From the NCBI GenBank assembly GCA_044221725.1, contig JBGAON010000005.1, positions 256,001-320,000 of the forward strand: 64,000 nucleotides of DNA. The letters are read 5' to 3'. The DNA comes from Elusimicrobiota bacterium (GTDB lineage: Bacteria; Elusimicrobiota; Elusimicrobia; F11). The notes beneath the pieces were generated by a model. That model did not search any database, was not told the DNA's origin, and saw only the letters and a program-made list of their open reading frames with translations. This document shows, piece after piece, positions 1-12,600 of the stretch (within the stretch, counting starts at the first letter, position 1; each line of letters starts with the position of its first letter). A program made the translations under genes and the position numbers.

Positions 1-3000
1 AAGCTGGCAGCACAATTTCGACGGAACAGCGGTGCGCAGCGATAGCGTGACGGAAAACGATCTCGTGGTGTGGGCCGCCTCGGGCCGGGTTGTGCCGCGC
101 AGTGTTACGAACACGAGTTGGACCACGGATTGGACGAGCCGTTCCGTGTGGAACACCGGCGGTGTGCCGCTCATTGCGTTTGATGCCGAAGGGAACGCTG
201 TCGAAAATCTCAATGTGATTTGGGGTGGCCATTCGTTTGACTCTCCCTACGAAGGACCAACCGGTTGGCAGCGCTCGATCGGCACGACGTACTTCGCGAA
301 CAGCGACAACACGAAGCGCTCGTACAACAATTACGGACGCCCGACCGACGTGGCGCCATGGAGCGTGTCGAAATCTCAACGGTTCAACGCGCTTGGCGTT
401 CCGGGCGTCGACGTAAATTACGATGCGTCGATCAGCTACGGCACATCAAACAATGCGATCTGGCAAGCGACCGGCGTGCAGCGTTCGGATCTTCAAGTGA
501 CGCGATCGTGGAGTGCCACCGCGGATTTCTTTGCGTCGTTCACGGCGTTCGGTTTCGATAATCCGAATATTTCTGCGTTGACCGGCGAAGGCAGTGCGAG
601 TTGGACCATTTTGGATTCGCGCGGTTCGTATTTCTCGAGCGGTCCGGACATCGGAAAAATAAACCGAGCAATTGCTCCGCGCACGTACGGCGGAAGTTGG
701 CAGCATAACTTCGACGGGACCGCCGTGCGCAGCGACAGTGTTACACAAAACGATTTGACGGTTTGGGCCGCGTCGGGACGGATTGTGCCGCGCAGCGTAA
801 CGAACACAAGCTGGACCACGGACTGGACCAGCCGTTCCACGTGGCAAATCAACAACGTGCCAATCATTGGGTTGGATAGCGAAGGCCATTCGGTCGCCGG
901 ATTGGACCGAATTTGGGGCGGCCACAGTTTTGATAATCCGTACGTTGGACCGACCGGCTGGCAACGCAGTATTGGCACAACGTATTTTGCAAACAGCGAC
1001 AATTCCAAACGTTCGTACAACAATTACGGACGGCCGACCGACATCGCGCCGTGGAGCGTGTCGAAATCGCAGCGCTTTAATTCGCTAGGCATCACGGGCG
1101 TCGACATCAATTACGATGCGTCTATTAGTTACGGCACGTCGAACAATCTTATTTGGTACGCGACCGGCGTGCAGCGTTCAGAATTGCAAGTGACCCAAAC
1201 GTGGAGTGCCGCTGCAGGATTCGATGCGTCGTTCGCGAGTTACAGCTTCGACAATCCGAATATTTCCGATTTGACCGGCGAAGGCAGCACCAGCTGGAGC
1301 ATTTTGGATTCGCGCGGATCGTATTTTGATTCGGGCGCGGACATCGGGAAAATTAATCGCGCGGTAGCGCCGCGGAGTTATGGCGGCAGCTGGCAGCGCA
1401 CGTTTGACGGCACCGCCGTGCGCAGCGATAGCGTGACCGAGAACGATCTGTCCGTGTGGGCGGCATCGGGCCGTGTGGTGCCGCGCAGTGTGACGAACAC
1501 AAGCTGGACGACGGACTGGACCAGCCGTTCAAATTGGACCATCGCCGGCGTTCCTATTATTGGTCTGGACGCACAGGGAAATTCGGTGGTCGGTTTGAAT
1601 CGGATCTGGGGCGGACAAAGTTTTGACAATCCATTCGAAGGACCGACCGGTTGGCAGCGCAGTGTTGGTACAACCTATTTCGCGAATCGAGACGATTCGA
1701 AACGTGCGTACAACCTGTACGGTCGTCCCACGGATTTTGCTCCGTGGAGCGTTACGCAATCGCAACGATTCAATTCGCTTGGAATTCCGGGCGTCGATAT
1801 CAATTATGACGCCTCCATGAGTTACGGTGTATCAAACAATGCGATCTGGCAGGCGACCGGTGTGCAGCGTTCGGATATTCAGGTGACGCAAACCTGGAGC
1901 GCCGTTGCGGGTTTTGATGCATCGTTCCGGAATTACAATTTCGACAATCCGAATATTTCGGAATTGACCGGCGAAGGAAGCACGAGCTGGAGTTTGCTCG
2001 ATTCGCGCGGTTCGTATTTTGATTCGGGCGCGGACATTGGGAAAATTAATCGCGCGGTAGCGCCGCGGAGTTATGGCGGTAGCTGGCAGCGCACGTTTGA
2101 TGGCACCGCCGTGCGCAGCGATAGCGTGACCGAGAACGATCTATCGGTGTGGGCCGCATCGGGCCGCGTCGTGCCGCGCAGTGTGACGAACACAAGCTGG
2201 ACGACCGACTGGGCCAGCCGCTCGACTTGGAATATTGCTGGCGTTTCGATTGTCGGGCTTGATGCGCAAGGAAATTTGGTCGCGGGACTCGATCAAATTT
2301 GGGGCGGACAAAGTTTCGACGATCCGTACGAAGGCGCGACCGGATGGCAGCGCAGTATCGGAACCACGTTCTTTGCGAACGCCGACAACTCAAAACGCTC
2401 GTACAACTTGTATGGCCGCCCAACCGACGTCGCTCCGTGGAGCGTCACAAAATCGCAGCGGTTCAACGCGCTCGGTGTTCCAGGGGTGGATGTTAACTAC
2501 GACGCATCGATCAGTTACGGCACCAACAACAACGCCATATGGAAAGCGGTCGGCGTGCAGCGTTCCGATCTTCAAGTGACGCAATCGTGGAGCGCCACGG
2601 CGGATTTCGCGAATTCGTTTACGAATTTCAGTTTTGATAATCCGAATATTTCTGCGTTGACCGGCGAAGGTAGCACGAGTTGGAGTGTGCTTGATTCGCG
2701 TGGTTCATACTTTACGAGCGGTGTCGACATCGGAAAGATAAATCGCTCCGATGTGCCGAAGAGTTACGGCGGTAGCTGGCAGCGCACGTTCGACGGAACG
2801 GCCGTGCGCAGCGACAGCGTGACCGAGAACGATCTGTCGGTGTGGGCCGCATCGGGCCGGGTTGTGCCGCGCAGTGTCACGAACACAAGCTGGACGACCG
2901 ACTGGACAACGCGTTCGGTTTGGACAATTTCTGGAGTTCCTATTGTCGGTCTCGATGCCAACGGGAATTCCGTGGCGGGTCTGGATCGTATCTGGGGCGG

Positions 3001-6000
3001 AAACAGTTTCGAAAATCCATTCTCGGGCCCGACCGGATGGCAGCGGTCCTTTAGCAGTACGTATTTCGCGAACACGAACGATTCGAAACGCGCGTACAAC
3101 CTGTACGGCCGTCCAACGGATGTTGCTCCTTGGAGCGTCACCAAATCGCAGCGGTTCAACGCGCTCGGTGTTCCGGGCGTGGATATAAACTACGACGCGT
3201 CGATCAGCTACGGCACGAACAACAACGCGATTTGGAAAGCCACGGGCGTTCAGCGTTCCGACATTCAAGTGACACAAACGTGGAGCGCTGTTGCTGGATT
3301 CTCCGATTCGTTCTCGGTTTACAATTTCGACAATCCGAATATTTCGGACCTGACCGGGGAAGGCAGCACAAGCTGGAGCTTGCTCGATTCGCGCGGTTCC
3401 TATTACGAGTCCGGACGCGATATTGGAAAAATCAATCGGTCGAATATGCCGCGGAGTTACGGAGGCAGCTGGCAGCGCACCTACGATGGAACCGCAACGC
3501 GCAGCGACAGTGTGACCGATAACGATATCGACGTTTGGGCCGCGTCCGGAAGAATTGTGCCGCGCAGCGTGACGAACACGAGTTGGACCTCGGATTGGTC
3601 GTCGCGGTCCACGTGGCAAATTGCCGGATTTCCGATTGTCGGTTTGGATGCGGAAGGAAATGCCGTCGCGGGTCTGGATCGCATCTGGGGTAGCGACAGT
3701 TTCAATTCTCCATTCGAGGGGCCGACCGGATGGCAACGTTCGATCGGCACGACGTACTTTGCGAGCGGCGACAATTCGAAGCGCGCGTACAATTTGTATG
3801 GCCGCCCGGGCGATTTTGCTCCGTGGAGCGTTTCGATGTCGCAACGGTTCAATTCGTTGGGCGTGCCGGGAGTGGACGCAAATTACGACGCGTCGATCAC
3901 CTACGGCACAAACAGCAATGCGATCTGGAAAGCAACGGGGTCTCAACGGTCCGATCTGCAAATCACGAAAGGATGGAGCGCGGTGCCCGACTTCAGTGGT
4001 TCGTTCACAAGTTACAGTTTTGATAATCCGAACGTCTCGGTGTTAACCGGCGAAGCCACAACGAGCTGGAGCTTGCTCGATTCGCGCGGTTCGTATTATG
4101 AAAGCGGCGCCGACATTGGAAAAATAAATCGATCCGTTGCGCCCCGCACGTACGGAGGAAGTTGGCAACGGTCGTTCGATGGAACCGCAACGCGCAGCGA
4201 CAGCGTGACCGAAAACGATTTGTCGGTATGGGCCGCGTCCGGACGCGTGGTTCCGCGCGAGGTGACGAACACCAGCTGGACGACCGACGTGACGTCGCAT
4301 TCGCAGTGGAATGTCTCCGGCGTGCCCATTGGTGGATACGACGCCGATGGAAATGCGGTGCTTGGTTTGGACCGGATCTGGGGCGGAAACAGCTTTGATG
4401 CTCCGTACGTTGGTCCGACGGGCTGGCAGCGTTCCATTAGCACGACGTATTTCGCGAACAGCAACGATGCGAAACGCGCGTACAACTTGTACGGGCGACC
4501 AAACGATGTGGCGCCGTGGAGCATTTCGCAATCGCAGCGCTTCAACGCGCTCGGTGTGCCCGGCGTCGACATGAACTACGACGCGTCCATCAGTTACAGT
4601 ACCAACAACAATGCGATTTGGCAGGCGACCGGCGCGCAACGTTCGGATGAACAGGTGACGCAGTCGTGGAGCGCCACGGCCGATTTCGCCGGTTCGTTCG
4701 CGAGTTTCAGTTTTGATCATCCGAACATTTCTGATTTAACCGGGGAAGGAAGCACGAGCTGGAGTTTGCTTGATTCGCGGGGTTCGTATTTCACGAGCGG
4801 CCCGGACATCGGAAAAATTAATCGGGCCGTTGCGCCACGCAGCTACGGTGGAAGTTGGCAGCGCACGTTCGACGGAACCGCGACGCGCAGCGACAACGTG
4901 ACCGTGAACGATCTCGATGTGTGGTCCACCTCCGGCCGCGTGGTGCCACGCAGTATCACGAACACAAGTTGGACAACCGACTGGACAAGCCGATCGGTTT
5001 GGAATATTCCAGGCGTTTCCATTGGCGGACTTGATGCGCAGGGAAATCCTGTCGCCGGACTCGACCGTATTTGGGGCGGGAACAGCTTCGCTTCGCCTTT
5101 TGAAGGGCCCACCGGATGGCAGCGCAACATGAGCACAACGTATTTCGCGAATTCGAATAACTCCATTCGCTCGTACAACTTGTACGGGCGTCCAACGAAC
5201 GTGGCACCCTGGACTGTTTCGCAATCGCAACGATTCAATTCGCTCGGTGTTCCGGGTGTCGATGTAAATTATGACGCGTCCATTACTTACAACACAAACA
5301 ACAGCGCGATCTGGCTTGCGACCGGTGTGCAGCGTTCGGATATTCAGGTCACCGAAGGTTGGAGCGCGGTGGCCGACTTCGCGACGTCGTTCTCGCGCTA
5401 CAGTTTCGACAATCCAAACATTTCGGAGTTGACCGGCGAAGCGAGCACGAGTTGGAGCTTGCTCGATTCGCGCGGTTCGTATTTTGAATCGGGCCCTGAC
5501 ATTGGAAAAATAAATCGCGCGAACGTGCCGAAGAGTTACGGTGGGAGCTGGCAACGCAGCTTCGACGGTACGGCTGTGCGTAGCGACACCGTCACACGAA
5601 ATGATTTGTTTGTGTGGGCGGCGTCGGGCCGAGTGATTCCGCTGAGCGTCGAGAGCACAAGCTGGACCACCGACGCGACAAGCCGGTCGCAGTGGCAAAT
5701 TCCGGGCACACCGATTATGGGGCTGAACGCCGACGGGCAATTGGTGGGCGGTTTGGACCGAATTTGGGGCGGGAACAGTTTTGAGGCTCCGTTTGAAGGT
5801 CCCACCGGGTGGCAGCGTTCCATCAGCACGACGTATTTCGCCAACAGCGACAACACGAAGCGCGCGTACAATCAATACGGTCGGCCGACCGGACAGGCGC
5901 CGTGGAGCGTCACGAAGTCGCAGCGCTTCAACGCGCTCGGAATCCCTGGTGTGGATCTCAATTATGATGCGTCGATCAGCTACGGCACCAACAACAACGC

Positions 6001-6600
6001 GATTTGGCAAGCAACGGGAGCGCAACGCTCCGATGAGCAATTGACGAAAACATGGAGCGCCGCTGCTGAATTTGATGCGTCGTTCTCAGCGTACAGTTTC
6101 GATAATCCGAACGTTTCCGAGTTAACCGGCGAGGCGAGCACGAGCTGGAGTTTGCTTGATTCGCGCGGTTCCTATTTCACGAGCGGGCCCGACATCGGAA
6201 AAATTAATCGCGCTGTTGTGCCGCGCACCTATGGCGGCAGCTGGCAACGTAATTTCGACGGCACAGCGACGCGCAGCGATAGCGTCACCGTGAACGACCG
6301 CGACGTGTGGGGAACATCCGGTCGCGTGGTGCCGCGCAGCATTTCGAACACAAGCTGGACGACCGACTGGACTTCTCGTTCGAGCTGGAACCTTGCGGGC
6401 GTTCCTGTTGTGGGACTCGACGCCGAAGGAAATCTCGTTGCCGGCCTCGATCGCATTTGGGGCGGCTTTGATTACAACAGTCCGTTCGAAGGACCGACCG
6501 GGTGGCAGCGCAGCAAAGCGACCACGTATTTCGCGAGCGACGACAATTCGCGTCGCGCATACAATCTTTACGGACGGCCCACCGCGAACGCCCCGTGGAC
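1..6600 (+). repeat. Tandem 693-bp (231-aa) coding repeat, ~9.5 copies, degenerating to ~8600
   Basis: The GSWQ(H/R)xFDGTA motif recurs at exactly 1, 694, 1387, 2080, 2773, 3466, 4159, 4852, 5545 and 6238. More diverged copies follow. Confidence 0.97.
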
Positions 6601-9600
6601 AATTACGAACGGCCAGCAATACAACAGTCTTTCGTCGCCGGCGCTCGATGATGCGTATTCCGCGTTCCAAAGTTACACGACGTACAACGACACGATTTGG
6701 TCGGGCGTTGGAGTGCAACGAACGAAACAACAAATCACGTTGGGTTACAGCACGAACCGCGTCGGCGATGGATCGTTCGCCGATCCGTACGCGTCGACAG
6801 CGACCGGTGCGCGTTCCACGAACTGGAACGTGACCGATTACAGTGGCAGTTATTACACGACCGGCGCCGACATTGGAAAAATCATTCGCACGGTTGACGC
6901 GACGCCGAAATCGTACGGCGGAAGTTTTAGCGACGACGGTTTCTTAAACGTGACGCGCGCCGACACGTGGACCACGAACAACGCGGACATTTGGATGGCG
7001 TCGGGCCGTGTGGCGCCTTTGCAATCGGGCTTCACGAGTTGGACCAGCACGCGCACGAAAGGAACCTGGGATGCACGCGCGCACGTGGGCGCGAGCGTGA
7101 CGGCGCTGGACGCGTCCGGTCGTGCGCTCGACTTCAGTGTGATCAACGTTCTCGGTGACCACACCTTTGATGATCCGGCGAAACGCGTGACCGGAGCGTG
7201 GAACAAAACCAAAGGCACGACCTATTTTGATGTGAGCTACAACAATTACGGGCGGCCCGTCGGTGTGGCGCCGCGCTCGGTGACCGAATCACTGGATTAT
7301 TCGCCGGTGGCACCGTCCGTGGCAGGCGACATTCCCAACGCGTACACGGCGTCCATCACCTACGCCAGCAACAACGATGCGATTTGGGACGCCATTGGTG
7401 TCCAGCGCCCGCTCGTTCAGGCGCGTTACGGCTTTAACTCGAACGCGAACTGGGGCGGCAGTTTCGACGCGCCGACGAACGGCCTGCTCGGCACGAGCCG
7501 CAGTTGGAACGCCGTTTATTATAAGGACAGCTTCTTCACCGATCCGTCGGACATGACAACCATCGGTCGCGTGCGTCGCGGCGATGAAAAATATTTACCG
7601 ATATCGAAAGGCGGGTTCGAATCGTTCGACAATTTGATCACGTACTCGGCCGGAACCACCGAGACGACATTCAATCTCGACTATTGGAACCTCACCGGAA
7701 ATCTTCTGAACGCGTCTGTGCGCACGCGGACGTGGTCGTCGAGCGACGGACAAGCGAGCTGGGATGTGAACGCCGCGTTTGGTGCGAACTTGGTCGTGCA
7801 CGACGCCGGCAACAACGCCATTGATCTGGCGAGCCGCCCCGTGTACGGTCCGGGCAGTGTTGATGCGCCGCTTAAATTAATTGATGAGAGCAGTTTCCGT
7901 TCCCAGCTGGACACGGACTACAGCCGTTCGTTCTCGCTCGCGCTCGGAACTCTCGGGCGTCCGACGAACACGGCGCCGACGTCCACCGGTTGGCAGTGGT
8001 CCGACAACGGAACGGGTGCCGGTATCAGCAAAGCGATTCTCAGCCAAACCTACAACGATGAGATCTGGGGCCGTTTGCAAGAACAGCGCTTGGCCGACAC
8101 CACGCAAATATCGTTCTCGTCCGATGACAAATTGGTCAGCGGTCGTCCGGGAATTGATAGCGAATACGGTTCCGGATCGATCAACAATCCCATCGCGCAA
8201 GCGAACGACACGTCGTTCCGCGGCTACAACCACACGAGCTACAACAATTCTTGGAATCTCGCGAACGGTCAGCCGAACCCGGCCGTGCCTCCAACAACCG
8301 ACGGGTGGACACTGAATTTCGACGGGTTCCGGTACCAGAAAACGATCACAAACGTCACCAACCAAGCAGCGGTGTGGGGTTTTGACGCGCGCGCGGTATT
8401 CGAAAAATCCATCAGTCAGACATTTGATTCCGATGACACGGTCATCAGCAACAATCCGGAGCATCCGGATTTTGGAGGCGGAACGTACGCGACGCCGGTG
8501 CTCCGGGATGATCATCTGTTCAATCGCAGCCAAACAATTACAACGGCCGAAGGGTCGTTCGATCCGTACGGCATGCCGACCACGAAGGCGCCCATTTCGG
8601 TTGTCACCACCGACGCCGGCGAAATGTTCAAGACCCGCGATTTCGCGAACCAAGCGGACTTCAACCAAGCCGTGCAAGCCGTGAGCGCCCGCGTCGGACA
8701 GTTCTTCGATCTGTTGCCGTACACGCTCACGCAGCAACGTATGCTCGGAATTTTGCGCGACGATTTGAGCACGCCGTATTGGAACCCGAGCCTTGAAGAA
8801 GCGGCGAGCATAAAAGCATCGGTGATAACGGCGCTCAATGGTTGGGCCGCCAGTCACAACGCAAGCACGTCGTCGTACGATGATTTTTATGACTTTGTGG
8901 TCGGCGTGCTTGAAACGAGCGTGCCGCACTTGAGCGATCTCAAAAACGCGGACAATATGGATTTCGTGCAGCAACTTTACGACGACTTGTACCGTGGACA
9001 AGAATCCGGTCCGACGACGCGGTTCGTTGATGCGTTGCGCAGATTGCCATCCGACCCGGCGATTGCGAGCGAACTGAATTCCATTTTGAATTCGGGCGGC
9101 ACCTTTGTTCAGATCGCCTCGAAAGTAACGTCGCTCATGGCGAAAGCAAAAGACAAAGCGGTGGTGAACGCGCTCAGCACCCTGCTTTATAATTTCTCAG
9201 ACAAGAGTTCGCTAAAAAACACCTTCGCGTGGCGAAGTCTGCAGGACACGCAAATCGAGCAACGGTTCTCCGCGCAAGCGTGGCACAATACGGGCCAACA
9301 GCGCATCGAATATCGAAAGACCGACACGAAAGGCCAAGCGTTTGACGGAACCAAGTACGAAAGTTTCGTCGAAGTAAATTACACGCTGGACCCGAAGAGT
9401 GGCCTGACCGCGAACGCGAGCGGTCGCGGCTGGACAACAAACACCGATCCGGCCGGCAATTCCCAAAAAACGTCGTTCGAACAAACGTATGTGATTCGCT
9501 TGCACGAAGCACGGCTCGAACGGCAAACCTCGACCGCGTTTGAGTCGTTCTTCAACGACGGATCAAGCACGAAATTGATTGGCCAAAATTACACCGAATA

Positions 9601-12600
9601 TGAGTACGACGCCGTTGGCCGGCTCACGGGGGCGCACGGCGAAAGCGGAACGCGCTCGGACGATGGGTTTGGAAATGTCACCGAAACGCAAACGTCGCTT
9701 TTCTACACGATCATCAAAGGAGCCGCGAAACTCGATCACAGTTTAAGCACCTCCATCAGCGCGACCACCGACGGAAATTACACGGTGCCGGTGGGCGGCC
9801 CCGCGCGCACGAATTACCATTACGACACGGCCGGAAACTTGTTGAGCGCCGATTCCACAAACAACGTGTCTCAAACCGTCGATTCGTTTGGCAATCGGCA
9901 AGACCGCAGCGTGTCGATCGAATTCCGATTGTTTGTTGGACAGGTGCGCGCCGCGCGCGTGTTCAGTTCGGTTGACGCGTTCAATATCGACGGATCCATC
10001 AGCCACACGGACACGTTGACGAGCAACCGGTTCCTGTCGTCGGGGGCGCTACCGAAAGTTGTCACGTCGACATCGAAGAGCGTGTTCCGTGGCGATGACG
10101 GGAATTTGAATTTCACCGTGGGCCGTTCGTACACCGAGTCGCAGAACATTATGGGTCTTTCCAAGCAAACCTCGTCGGTGAACATTGCGCTGCTGGCAAA
10201 TTTTGATGGATCCGTTGTGCAATCAAAATCCACGTTTGTGTCGCAATACACGGGCGGTGTGCTGGCGGGCGGAAACGCGGTGCGGGAATCGTGGAGCGAT
10301 GACGGGTTTGGCAATTTGGATGCGGGCGACGGCTTCGACACGTACGTGGCCATCGGGGGCCTTTTGAAGATTGCGAGCTCGACCTCGCGCAATGTGCACG
10401 CGGCGCGCGACGAGTCGGTGTCGTGGTCGTCCACGAAAATCGATTATGCGTACAAATGGGTTTCGACGCGCACGCCGTTCGGTGGTGTTGGCCTCATCAG
10501 TATGTTGGACCGAGCGATTGGGATCGGCACGAACAAATCGAACGATGGATGGGGAAATATCACGCACGGCCAATCGGTGCTGACGTTCGCGGTCATTGCG
10601 GGTCAGGCGCGCCCGCTCAGTACAATTTCCGACAACATCACGCGCGCGATGACAGGCGCCACCACAATCTCGCACTCGGAAACGTACACGCTGTACAACA
10701 CGGTCGGCCGCGCGTATCGACAGTTCGGAATCGGCAGCAGCAACACCGACGATGGTTTTGGAAACAAGACCTGGGAAACGCTCACGGATACGGAATTCGT
10801 TTTGATGCACGGGAAATTCAAAGTGGCCGAGGTGCACAGCCGCGGTGGATTCCTGCGACGCGATTTAAATTACGGTGTGAATTCCAGCGACACGTATTAC
10901 CTCTATGCAGCGAACGATCAATTGCTCACGGCCCGCGGTTCCCGTTCGTCGTTGGGCACCGATCAGTGGGGAAATTACAACGACAGTTCGACGCAGGTCG
11001 TCTACGGAATTTTTGCGGGCCAAGCGCGCGCGGTGAAAACGGAAACCACGTCGCACAGCCGCCGTATTGATTCGTCATGGACCGACAGCAGCGATACCGA
11101 AATTATGGGCTACAACGCGGGCGGACGAATCATGGCCGCGAGCAATTCGTCGATCAGCTTTGGTGGCGACGGATTTGTATCGGTGAATTCGAGCGTGAGC
11201 AACACGGTCCAAGCGATTGCTTTCGGTTCTCCGGTTGCCGTCGAATCGTTTACGCACACCGAGAGCTCGGACATTCGCGGCGATTGGAGTCAGAGCGACA
11301 ACTTGACCGATTATTTCTACAGTCGAAACGCCACGTACGTGATGCCACTCGACGTGTTCAACGACATGCACGTGTACTACGCGCCGTTCCTCGCCACAAA
11401 CAATCTAACCGTGTTCAATAGTCAGAGCTTCGCGAGCGGAATTCTTACGACCGAAACGGGCGGCTTGCGCATGAGCGCGATCATCGGCGACACGAATCTC
11501 ATGCGCGATATTCACGAAGAGATCGGGTATCGCACCGGCGTAATTCGAATTCAAGATCTCACCGGATGGTATAGCCAAGACAACACCACCGCGCGCCGCA
11601 AATCGGATTATCAATACGACTTGGGAACCGCGGCGTTTCTCACCGGTCAATCGGTGACCGAAACATTTACGGACAAGCGCGAAATGAGCCAGATGGGAAC
11701 GAGCAACGCCTACCAGGGCAGCTCCGTTTCCATTGCGCTCTACACAAATGTGGCCGGTAAACGGGTGGTTGCGATGGACTCCACGAACTCGACCGATTTT
11801 GTGATTGTCGCGGGTCGGCTGGCCTCGACGTCCACGAGCCAGACGATTTCCGAATATTTTTACAACGATGTGGGAAATGCCACGTACAAAACGGCCGACA
11901 CGATCACGGACAGTGAGGAATCTGTTCCGACACTCCCGCCGGTCATCGGGCCCGCCGTCGACGACTTCTTCTTCGGCGCAAAAGGATCGCTGTCGCATTC
12001 TCGAAGCTTTACGTACTCCGAAAACGTTTACGGATTTTTGGACCCGGTGTTCACAAAGAGCGAAAGCACCTCTTGGAATACCTTCCGCTCCGCTGTGACC
12101 GAGCGAACGTCCATCCTCACGTATCAGTTTAATAGGTTCGGTGAAGTTGGGCGTGAAGGCCGTTGGTTCAGTGCGACGAGAAACGCGTGGTACGAGAACT
12201 GGAGCGGAACGCCGGGGGATGAAGAAGCTTTTGACGCCGAAGACGCGAACGTTGTCACGCGGTCCTGGGGAGAGGATACTTACCAGACATATCGGTACGT
12301 CCGCGGTCAACTTGTTCATTCGCGAGTCGACAGTCATACGAATGGACGAACGACGACCATTGACACCACGTACAACCGTGACGTGATCACCGGCAAAGGA
12401 TTGTCGACCGACACGGTCACCCGCAGCGGCAATATTGGCGCGACAAACGATTGGTGGAGCCTCGTCATCGATCATTCGATCGAGTACGCGATCGACAGCT
12501 ACAACGTGGTCACCGAATCTGAACAGCGGTATTCGGGCGTTGCATTTTTTGAGGTTGCCTCGGGCCGCGGCGCGCTGGTCCCAATTTTCGTTTCGTTTGT

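Noticed and set aside
1..6600. CRISPR array or DGR template/variable repeats
   Set aside because: The repeats are 693-bp in-frame coding units with mostly synonymous differences. There are no spacers, cas genes or reverse transcriptase, and no evident adenine-specific variation.
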